64,000 nt of DNA, taken from assembly GCA_964533825.1 (NCBI GenBank), contig CAZHMU010000009.1, forward strand, positions 1,168 to 65,167. The letters run 5' to 3'. Under the pieces are notes generated by a model. That model was not told the DNA's origin. It searched no databases and was given only the letters and a program-made list of their open reading frames with translations. Source of the stretch: an uncultured Oscillospiraceae bacterium (GTDB lineage: Bacteria > Bacillota > Clostridia > Christensenellales > CAG-314). The translations under genes and the position numbers were made by a program. Each line of letters begins with the position of its first letter. Position 1 is the stretch's first letter. Below, one piece after another: positions 36,184-44,307 of the stretch.

Positions 36184-36911
36184 CAAAACAAACAAATGCA
36201 AATATGCACACCTGTGCAAGTGACGTAAAAGTGCATAACTTGACACTAACCTATGGCACCAACGTCATCTACAACGACTTTTCTCACACTTTCGAAGGGA
36301 GCAAAGTACACGTAATTTTGGGCAAATCTGGCTGTGGCAAAACATCACTCTTGAACGCCATCGCAAGCCTTGTTCCATTTGATGGTCAAATTGAGTGTGG
36401 CAAACTGTCTTACGTTTTCCAACAACCACGACTTGCCCACACAACAGTTTTCAACAACGTAGAAATGGTCTTGCTTGCCGAAATTGCCGACAAACAAGAG
36501 CGCGTCCAAACTGTGCAAACTTACCTTGACTTTGCGGAAATAAGCCACCTTGCGGAAAAACAAGTTGCAAAACTCTCTGGCGGCGAGCAACAACGCGTCT
36601 CCCTTGCGCGAGCGTTTGCTTTTCCATCGCAAGTGCTGTTGATGGATGAGCCTTTCAAGTCGTTGGACCTTGGCATCCGCAAAACACTGTACAAAACTTT
36701 GGACAATCTTCTTTGCCAACACCAACGTACAACAATTTTGGTTACCCACGATGTGGACGAAGCACTTGCCCTTGCTGACACAATCTACGTTTTACAAGAC
36801 AAACCCTGCAATCTTGCAGAAGTGTGCCAAATTGACACTCCACGCAACTCGCGCGACTTGTACAGCCAAGATATGCTCACACTCCGCAAACAGCTTGAAA
36901 GCTTGTTATGA
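36180..36911 (+). CDS. ABC transporter ATP-binding protein (NitT/TauT family)
   Basis: Walker A GKSGCGKTS, signature LSGGEQQRVSLARAF, Walker B LLMDEPF. Confidence 0.85.
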   Translation: MTKQTNANMHTCASDVKVHNLTLTYGTNVIYNDFSHTFEGSKVHVILGKSGCGKTSLLNAIASLVPFDGQIECGKLSYVFQQPRLAHTTVFNNVEMVLLAEIADKQERVQTVQTYLDFAEISHLAEKQVAKLSGGEQQRVSLARAFAFPSQVLLMDEPFKSLDLGIRKTLYKTLDNLLCQHQRTTILVTHDVDEALALADTIYVLQDKPCNLAEVCQIDTPRNSRDLYSQDMLTLRKQLESLL

Positions 36912-37078
36912 CATAAGCTATTACGATTAAATAGTAAACTACACAAAAAGCATCCCCAATGCGCCAATTTGGGGATGCTTTTTGCCGTTTGCAACCAATT
37001 CTCGACCGATGGCGCAATCAATATTGCAAAAAAAATTACTTGTGCTATAATGCCATCAAGGAGGTAGGAAAAACAACT

Positions 37079-37519
37079 ATGAAATTCCAACTTACAATTT
37101 CTCCCACGCAGGAGGAATCGGTGCACGTCACCGTCAAGAAACACAATGACTTTTGTGCGGAAATAGAAAAACTGTGCCTTGCCTACAATGGTGCGGACAA
37201 CATCCCAGTGTACACTGATGACGAAGTGCAGTTGTTGTCCTTTGAAAATATCACTTGCTTGACTGTTGCCGATGGCAAGACATACGCAGTGGATTTGCAG
37301 GGCAAACGCCACCTTGTCAAAATGCGCCTGTACGAAATTGAGCAAATTTTGCCCACCTACTTTGTGCGCATCAACAAGTCTGCCATTGCAAACGAAACTC
37401 AAATTGCAAAGTTCAAAGCATCTTTTTCTGGTGCGGTGGATGTAATCTTCAAATGTGGCCACGTGGATTACGTTTCTCGCAGATGCTTTAGCGAAATCAA
37501 AAGGAGGTATCAATTATGA
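37079..37519 (+). CDS. LytTR-domain DNA-binding protein
   Basis: RBS AAGGAGGTAGG. C-terminal LytTR pattern FVRINKSAIAN...VSRRCFSEIKRR. Confidence 0.75.
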   Translation: MKFQLTISPTQEESVHVTVKKHNDFCAEIEKLCLAYNGADNIPVYTDDEVQLLSFENITCLTVADGKTYAVDLQGKRHLVKMRLYEIEQILPTYFVRINKSAIANETQIAKFKASFSGAVDVIFKCGHVDYVSRRCFSEIKRRYQL

Positions 37520-37941
37520 AACAATTTTGGAAAAACTTTTTTATGCGTGGATTGGTTGCCGCTTGGGGCGGTCCAATCATCTTGGCTATTGTCTACTTTA
37601 TCTTGGGGCTTACGGGTGTTGTAACGACGCTGGACGTGTATCAAGTAGTGCTTGGTGTGGTGTCCTCTGCGGTGATGGCATTTATCGCAGGGGGCATAAC
37701 AGCAGTGTACCAAGTGGAAAAATTGCCACTTATGCACGCTAGTGTGCTACACGGAGTGGTGCTGTACATCGACTACCTTGCCATCTATCTTTTGAACGGC
37801 TGGCTGGCTGACGGCATTGTGCCACTGTTGGTGTTTACCGCAATCTTTGTTGTGGGCTACGCCATTGTTTGGTTGATTGTCTCATCCATCATCAAACACC
37901 ATGCCAACAAGCTCAACCAAAAGTTTAGCGCACAAAACTAA
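37516..37941 (+). CDS. DUF3021-family membrane protein
   Basis: ATGA overlap with the LytTR gene. 141 aa with four TM helices. The LytTR+DUF3021 pairing is common. Confidence 0.6.
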   Translation: MKQFWKNFFMRGLVAAWGGPIILAIVYFILGLTGVVTTLDVYQVVLGVVSSAVMAFIAGGITAVYQVEKLPLMHASVLHGVVLYIDYLAIYLLNGWLADGIVPLLVFTAIFVVGYAIVWLIVSSIIKHHANKLNQKFSAQN

Positions 37942-38007
37942 AAACAAGTAGTGCCCAAACAAAAAAAGCGACCACGTGGTCGCTTTTTCTATTATTAATT
38001 CATGTTG

Positions 38008-38832
38008 TTATTCTTCAACTGATAGTTCAATGGATGGCTCAACTGATGGCTCCAACTTTTTGCTTTTGTTTTTGTTTATCCTTTTGACAATGGCGTGGTA
38101 TACAGCGTAGAACACCACAATGTACACAAGGAAGGTGCCAATTACCAACATCGGGTACAATACAGGGTTACCATTTACCAAGTTGTAGTAAAGTACGTAT
38201 GGTGTGCCGTCATCGCGTTTTAAGAACATATAGTTGTAGTTACCTGTCGCGTTGATAACTAACGCAATCGCGCAAACAGCAAGCAAAATACCCATTACCC
38301 AAAACATTGTCTTTTTCTTCATGGATTGCATGCCGGAAATAACAATATACAATGCAGCAAAGCCCGCTGCGGTGTGCGTGATGTTTGAGCAAATGTTGTA
38401 GTAGGAAAGTACTGGGTAGGTATTGTAGAAGTGCACAGCTGCAAATGTGCCAAATGTACAACTCAAAAAGCCGAAAACAAACACGTAGTCCAATGCTGCT
38501 TCCTTAAGTTTTCCTTTACCAAGTGCTGCAAGGGGCACTGTAATAAACTGCATACTGCACAAAAAGAAAGGCAACTCCCACAACCAGGACATACCATCAC
38601 TGGATGCGCCAATACCAACTGCAATGCGGAAAGTTTCCACAGTGTGCATCAGTAGTGCTGTCCAAATGAGCACTTTGTTCTTTTCTTGTAGGCTTTTGTT
38701 GCGATTCTTTTTACCCAAAACAATTGCCAAAACTATGGCTATTGCCAAAGATATGCTAACGTGCAAAAGGTGTTGCCAAGAGTAAGCCCCCTCTGGAGTT
38801 CCAAACTCTGGCTTACCGAAAAATTCTCCCAT
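38008..38832 (-). CDS. Integral membrane protein (YwaF/TIGR02206-like)
   Basis: RBS GAGGGAGGAAAT before the internal ATG (MGEFFGKPEF). About 7 TM helices. Confidence 0.45.
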   Translation of the reverse strand: MGEFFGKPEFGTPEGAYSWQHLLHVSISLAIAIVLAIVLGKKNRNKSLQEKNKVLIWTALLMHTVETFRIAVGIGASSDGMSWLWELPFFLCSMQFITVPLAALGKGKLKEAALDYVFVFGFLSCTFGTFAAVHFYNTYPVLSYYNICSNITHTAAGFAALYIVISGMQSMKKKTMFWVMGILLAVCAIALVINATGNYNYMFLKRDDGTPYVLYYNLVNGNPVLYPMLVIGTFLVYIVVFYAVYHAIVKRINKNKSKKLEPSVEPSIELSVEE

Positions 38833-39080
38833 ATTGAGATTTCCTCCCTCGTTACTTTGTGTGGAGTCTCTCACTTCCAAACAAACCACACATCGGCACA
38901 ATTTTACCAATGCTATTGATTCACATTCTATACCGTTGGGCTTAATTTGTCAATTATTTTGCATCGCTATACCTTTTTGATGAAAGACAAAGCAATCAAA
39001 GGCTCGCAAAAGTGCGCAAAAAGAAAAAAGAGCAATCAATTTGATTGCCCTTTTGCATAAAACTACAAATATTTTTTCAA

Positions 39081-40313
39081 TTAGATAACCCATTCGCCAT
39101 CGCGGAAGAGTGGCACAACTGTGCCGTCAAAGCCGATACCATCAATATTGATGTCCTTTGTGCCTACCATAAAGTCAACGTGCTTGATACTGCTGTTCAT
39201 ACCACGTTCAGCAAGTTGTTCATCGGTAAGACTGTTGCCGTTTTTGACTGTTGTTGGGTAGCTTTGACCAAATGCCAAGTGGCAACTTGCATTTTCGTCA
39301 AACAATGTGTTGAAGAACAAAATCCCGCTTTCCGCAATGGGGGAGTTTTTGCCAATCAACGCAATTTCGCCCAAGGACAAAACGCCTTCGTCAGCTGTCA
39401 ACAAGCCCTTCAATGCATCGTAGCCAACTTCTGCGCTGTAGTCAACAACGCGACCGTCCTTGAAAGTGATGCTGAAGTTATCAATGATGTTGCCGTTGTT
39501 TACAAGTGGAAGTGCGCTAACAACTGTACCATTGATCTTTTTGTTGTGTGGTGCAGTAAAGATTTCTTCTGTGGGCATATTTGCTGTAAAAGGAATACCA
39601 TCTTGGCCTTCTTCACGAGCGGCAATCCACAAGTGGTCAATAGCAAGACCAACGTGAAGGTCTGTGCCGTGTGCGTTGTACATATGGATTGTTTCAAAGT
39701 TGTGGCTTGTCAAAAATGCCGCACGACGAGTGAGCACGTCAATGTGCTTGAACCACGCCTCTGTTGGGTCCTCTTGATCAAGGCGCATGATGTGTCCAAT
39801 AGCATCCCACATCTTGTCAACAGCTTCGTCCACTGGCAACTCTGGGAAAACTTGCTTTGCCCAAGCTGGTGTTGGGATGGAAACAAGTGTCCAACGTAGA
39901 AGGTTGGACATTGTAGCCTTGCGGAAGTTGATCATTGCTTTGCCACTTGCAAGAGCAGACTCTTTGAGTTTTACTGGGTCGCATCCCTTGTAGATGTTGG
40001 GGTCGCCTGCCTTGATGGAAATGAGGCACACGTCGTTGTCGATGAAGTATTGAGATTGGTCAATTGCCCATTGTGGCACTTCGCACAAACTTTCCAAAGA
40101 TTGGTTGAGCATACCCATGCGAGCAACAATTTCGTCACTCCATTGCATGATTACTTTTTTTGCGCCAAATTCGTACGCCTTTGCAACGATGAGATGTGCA
40201 AACTCTTGGCAGGCAACGTCACAACGAACAACCACGATTTGTTCCTTTTGCATATTTGCACCCACGCGTACAGTAAGTTCGGCAAATTGTTCCATTTGTT
40301 TTTGATTCAACAT
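39081..40313 (-). CDS. Aminopeptidase, M29 family (AmpS/PepS-like)
   Basis: RBS AAAGGAG before the internal ATG (MLNQKQMEQFAELTVRVGANMQ). M29-like motifs through to the C-terminus. Confidence 0.8.
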   Translation of the reverse strand: MLNQKQMEQFAELTVRVGANMQKEQIVVVRCDVACQEFAHLIVAKAYEFGAKKVIMQWSDEIVARMGMLNQSLESLCEVPQWAIDQSQYFIDNDVCLISIKAGDPNIYKGCDPVKLKESALASGKAMINFRKATMSNLLRWTLVSIPTPAWAKQVFPELPVDEAVDKMWDAIGHIMRLDQEDPTEAWFKHIDVLTRRAAFLTSHNFETIHMYNAHGTDLHVGLAIDHLWIAAREEGQDGIPFTANMPTEEIFTAPHNKKINGTVVSALPLVNNGNIIDNFSITFKDGRVVDYSAEVGYDALKGLLTADEGVLSLGEIALIGKNSPIAESGILFFNTLFDENASCHLAFGQSYPTTVKNGNSLTDEQLAERGMNSSIKHVDFMVGTKDINIDGIGFDGTVVPLFRDGEWVI

Positions 40314-40615
40314 AATTTTGCTCCTTTTGTGTGATAGCAACAAAGTTTTCCATCAAACATTTTCCATCTGGATATATTTTATTTAGAAAAAACTGTCATC
40401 TATCGTATATTTATGAAAATATTATATAAAAATTAAGTGAATAAGTCAAGAAATACATCTATAGCAAAATTATTTTTCCAAACAGTATTGAATATTGCCT
40501 TTGTTTGTGGTAAAATGTATCACACGCTTGAGTAACACAGGCAAATATCACGAAAAACAATCCCTTTGCTCACATCAAAATTGTGCACAAAGGATACAAT
40601 TTGGAGGACACAACA

Positions 40616-41134
40616 ATGCAAAACCCTATCGTTACGATAACCATGCAAAATGGCAAACAAATCAAAATTGAGTTGTACCCAACAGTTGCACCAAACACAG
40701 TCAACAACTTTGTTTCCCTTGTCAAAAAAGGCTTCTACAACGGACTTATCTTCCACCGCGTAATCCGTGGCTTTATGATTCAAGGCGGTTGCCCACTTGG
40801 TCGTGGCACAGGCGGACCGGGCTACGGCATCCGTGGCGAGTTTGCACAAAATGGTTTCAAAAACGACCTTTGTCACCACCGCGGAGTAATCTCTATGGCC
40901 CGCGCTCAAAACCCCAACAGCGCAGGAAGTCAATTTTTCATCATGCACGAAGATGCTCCCCATCTTGACGGTGCTTACGCAGCATTTGGCAAGGTAATCG
41001 AAGGCATCCAAGTAGTGGACGAAATTGCCGACGAGTACACCGACTACAACGACCGTCCTTACGAAAAACAAGTAATGGAAACTGTAACGGTAGATACTTT
41101 TGGCGTAACCTACCCAGAGCCTACAAAAGTTTAG
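40616..41134 (+). CDS. ppiB: Peptidyl-prolyl cis-trans isomerase (cyclophilin type)
   Basis: RBS GGAGGA. Motifs FHRVIRGFMIQGG, SAGSQFFI. Confidence 0.9.
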   Translation: MQNPIVTITMQNGKQIKIELYPTVAPNTVNNFVSLVKKGFYNGLIFHRVIRGFMIQGGCPLGRGTGGPGYGIRGEFAQNGFKNDLCHHRGVISMARAQNPNSAGSQFFIMHEDAPHLDGAYAAFGKVIEGIQVVDEIADEYTDYNDRPYEKQVMETVTVDTFGVTYPEPTKV

Positions 41135-41188
41135 TAGTGCAGGGCAAGTTGGCCATCAAAATTGACTTAGAAATTGACAAAAACAAAA

Positions 41189-41219
41189 AGGGGGTATTGC
41201 TGTTGTAATACCCTTTTTT
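41189..41219 (+). terminator. Terminator after ppiB
   Basis: Stem GGGTATT/AATACCC followed by T6. Confidence 0.65.
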
Positions 41220-41396
41220 AACCCAAATTAGCTGAGATTTATCAGTAAAATTGCATATCTTTGGCACGAATTTGCCAAAAAGATGCTCCTGTTTCTCCAC
41301 AAAGCAGCTTTGAACAGAAGTCGCTTTAGCAATTCACGCAAAAATTTACGACAAGTTTTTGCGACAGTTAGAACATTTGTCGCACAAGGAGTAAAA

Positions 41397-43040
41397 ATGC
41401 TAAACATAACAATAGACAACAAAACAATTCAAGTGCCCAAAGGCACAAAACTTATCGACATCATCAACGACACCAACAAGCAAGTGCTTGTGGCAAAGGT
41501 TAACAACCGCTTGCGTGAGCTGACCTACGCGCTCAGTTTTGATGCGGAAGTGGAACCACTTTCCTACACAAGCAGTGATGCAATCAAGGTGTACGAAACA
41601 AGCTTGAGATACCTGCTCACTTTGGCCTTCCGCAATCTTTATCCAGACTTGCACATCAAGATTTCCTATGGCGTATCTCGTTCTATTTTTATATCGTTAC
41701 CCAGTCCACAAAGCATCGACAGCAAAATGGTGCAAGCAGTGCGTGCAGAAATGCTCCGCTTGGTAGAGCTTGATCTACCATTTGAACGCTTGACAATGAC
41801 CAAGGAAGAGGCACACGACTACTTTGTTGCCAACAACTACCCCGACAAAGCGGAAATCTTGCAATATCGCCCAGACAAAATTTGCCACTTTTACAAGTGT
41901 GGCGATTTTATCAACTATATGTACGGCTACATGGTGCCATCCACTGGCTACCTAAAACTGTTCAATCTCTTCCCCTATGATGGCGGTATGACAGCGCAAT
42001 ACCCACGTTACGAGGCCGGAGGCACAATCCCTGTGTTCGATGACGAGCCAACCTTTGCGCGCGTTATCAAACGCTCTTATCTTTGGGCAAAGCGTTGCAA
42101 ATCTCACTTTGTTTTCGACATCAACAAGCATTTGGAAAACGACACCTACGTTGATTGCATCAATATGAATGAAACTCTGCACAACGATATGTTGCACGAA
42201 CTGGGTAGCAAAATTGCCGAAGACATCGAAAACATCCGCCTTATTTGCATTGCTGGCCCCAGTAGCTCTGGCAAAACAACCTTTTCCAACCGCCTTCGTA
42301 TCGAACTGATGGCGCGTGGCATCAACCCACTGCGTATTTCGCTGGATATGTACTACAAAAATCGTGATGACATCCCACTTGACGAATTTGGCGAAAAGGA
42401 CTTTGAACACATTGACGCATTGGATGTGGAACTGTTCAACGAGCATATGACGGCACTTATCAATGGCGAAGAGGTGGAATTGCCCGTTTACCAGTTTGGT
42501 GCAGGTCGTGCGGCACAAGGTCAAAAAATTCGTATTTCCAAGGATACCCCAATCATCATTGAAGGCATCCACGCACTAAACGACCAACTTTCCCACGCCA
42601 TCCCCAAGCACCAAAAGTTCAAAATTTACATTGCGCCACAGTTCCAAATCAACATTGATATGCACAACCCAATCAGCTTTACAGATATTCGCTTGCTCCG
42701 CCGTATCGTTCGCGACCGCAAGTACCGCAACTCATCTGCCGAGCGTACTTTGGAGATGTGGCCGAGCGTTCGACGTGGCGAGTTCAAGTGGATCTACCCC
42801 TATCAAGAGGGTTGCAACTTTGTGTTTAACTCTGCTTTGACCTACGAGCTTTGCGTAATGAAAAAGTACGCCCTGCCCGCCTTGAAAGAAGTGCACAGCG
42901 ACAGCCCCCACTTTATCACAGCCAACCGCTTGATCAAATTCTTGAAGTACTTTTCCGATATGGACGACAAATGGGTACCCTGCAACTCCCTTTTGAGAGA
43001 ATTCATTGGTGGCAGTTGCTTTGCCGAAGTGGATGAGTAA
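41397..43040 (+). CDS. TGS-domain / uridine-kinase-family nucleoside kinase-like protein
   Basis: RBS AAGGAG. N-terminal TGS-like ITIDNKTIQVPKGTKLIDI. P-loop IAGPSSSGKTTF and PRK/uridine kinase-like core. Confidence 0.7.
   Translation: MLNITIDNKTIQVPKGTKLIDIINDTNKQVLVAKVNNRLRELTYALSFDAEVEPLSYTSSDAIKVYETSLRYLLTLAFRNLYPDLHIKISYGVSRSIFISLPSPQSIDSKMVQAVRAEMLRLVELDLPFERLTMTKEEAHDYFVANNYPDKAEILQYRPDKICHFYKCGDFINYMYGYMVPSTGYLKLFNLFPYDGGMTAQYPRYEAGGTIPVFDDEPTFARVIKRSYLWAKRCKSHFVFDINKHLENDTYVDCINMNETLHNDMLHELGSKIAEDIENIRLICIAGPSSSGKTTFSNRLRIELMARGINPLRISLDMYYKNRDDIPLDEFGEKDFEHIDALDVELFNEHMTALINGEEVELPVYQFGAGRAAQGQKIRISKDTPIIIEGIHALNDQLSHAIPKHQKFKIYIAPQFQINIDMHNPISFTDIRLLRRIVRDRKYRNSSAERTLEMWPSVRRGEFKWIYPYQEGCNFVFNSALTYELCVMKKYALPALKEVHSDSPHFITANRLIKFLKYFSDMDDKWVPCNSLLREFIGGSCFAEVDE
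43014..43039 (+). repeat. 26-nt direct repeat, copy 1 (last codons of the kinase-like gene)
   Basis: AGTTGCTTTGCCGAAGTGGATGAGTA against AGTTACTTTGCCGAAGTGGATGAGTA at 43138-43163. Confidence 0.9.
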
Positions 43041-43137
43041 CATCCGTCGGCAAACACAAAACCCACCCAACACAACATTACCGATGAACCAAAAAGTGAT
43101 GTCACAAAAGACATCACTTTTTATTTCTGCCGCAAAA

Positions 43138-43163
43138 AGTTACTTTGCCGAAGTGGATGAGTA
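43138..43163 (+). repeat. 26-nt direct repeat, copy 2 (intergenic)
   Basis: One mismatch to 43014-43039. The intervening ~100 nt contains the hairpin GTGATGTC-ACAAAA-GACATCAC followed by a T-run. Confidence 0.9.
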
Positions 43164-43218
43164 GTGTAAAATATTACCATCGACTTGAATCCAAAACCAA
43201 GTCAAATGGTTGCTATAC

Positions 43219-43243
43219 CGTAGGGGCGAGCTGTGCTCGTCCG
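43219..43243 (+). repeat. REP-like hairpin repeat, family A, copy 3
   Basis: CGTAGGGGCGAGCTGTGCTCGTCCG. Confidence 0.85.
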
Positions 43244-43300
43244 CACAAAAAAAGAGTGACGTCTTTACCGATGTCACTCTTTCTATTTGTATTTATTTGG

Positions 43301-44053
43301 TTACCCCAACAAAACGTCCATCACAAGCATAAAGCAAAAGCCAAACAGTAGCGAGTAGGTCACGCCACGATTGTTGCCGTCAGAGTGCGTTTCGGGGATC
43401 ATTTCGTCACTTACAACGTACAGCATTGTTCCGCCGGCAAACGCCAAAGCAAATGGCAGTATCACTTGGGCAATTTTGACAGCAAAGTAACCAACAAAAG
43501 TGCCAACCACTTCAATCAGCCCCGTAAGCGCTGCAATCAAAAATGCCTTTTTCTTGCTTACGCCAGAGCTAATCATTGGCGCGATGATAACCATACCTTC
43601 TGGGATGTTTTGCAATGCAATACCAACTGCAATCAAAATGCCTGCGTTTTGGTCGTCGGTACCAAAACCAACGCCAGCAGCAATGCCTTCGGGCAGGTTG
43701 TGGATGGCAATGGCAATCACAAACAGCAACACTTTATTCAGGCTGGATGTTTTGTGCTCTTCGATGTCGGCACCAATCATCTTGTGCAAGTGTGGTGTCA
43801 CTTTGTCAATCAAGTTCAAACAAAACGCCCCTGCAAAGATGCCCAGCACAGTGATTACCAACCCCCAATCGCCACCATATTCAAGCGATGGCACAATCAG
43901 CCCAAACACCGCCGCGGCAAGCATGATGCCCCCTGCAAACGCCAAAAAGATTTTGGAGTACCTTTGTGTTAAGTTTTTGAATATCAGCCCAAGCAGTGCG
44001 CCAATGACAGTAGCGCCACCAACGCCCAAGGCCGTCAATGCAACAATCAGCAT
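43301..44053 (-). CDS. zupT: ZIP-family zinc/metal transporter
   Basis: 250-aa eight-TM protein with motif AIAIHNLPEGIAAG and GIALQNIPEG. Confidence 0.85.
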   Translation of the reverse strand: MLIVALTALGVGGATVIGALLGLIFKNLTQRYSKIFLAFAGGIMLAAAVFGLIVPSLEYGGDWGLVITVLGIFAGAFCLNLIDKVTPHLHKMIGADIEEHKTSSLNKVLLFVIAIAIHNLPEGIAAGVGFGTDDQNAGILIAVGIALQNIPEGMVIIAPMISSGVSKKKAFLIAALTGLIEVVGTFVGYFAVKIAQVILPFALAFAGGTMLYVVSDEMIPETHSDGNNRGVTYSLLFGFCFMLVMDVLLG

Positions 44054-44099
44054 AGTTGTTTACCTTTATCGTTTTCTAAAATAGATTATCCCTGAAAAA

Positions 44100-44215
44100 G
44101 CCTCTCGCTTTGGGAGCGCGACGCGTTAAACAAACAACCCAGTGAGTTGTTGGTAGCCAAAGCGTCGAAGTGAGTTTGCTCGCGCGAAATGGCAGTCGTG
44201 AAACTGACGGAGAGG
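44100..44215 (+). repeat. Degenerate family-B-like repeat
   Basis: GCCTCTCGCTTTGGGAGCGCGACGCG ... AACTGACGGAGAGG resembles GGCTCCCACTTTGGGGGAGC...CTGACTGAGAG. Confidence 0.4.
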
Positions 44216-44307
44216 TTAATTTACAGGTCCTGTCTTTGAGTGTGCGCAATTTTTGCGATAACAACATCTTACAAAACCCAACAATATATGCACAAATGCA
44301 CATATCA

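Noticed and set aside
2687-41396. 5'-extended starts given by the ORF track: 2687, 4580, 7495, 10475, 12607, 19105, 20847, 21958, 27920, 34148, 36959, 38910, 40343, 40583, 41283, 48418, 50116 and 60012.
   Set aside because: In each case an internal ATG, GTG or TTG is preceded by a Shine-Dalgarno sequence and begins the conserved family N-terminus or signal peptide. The extensions run through promoters, terminators or upstream genes.
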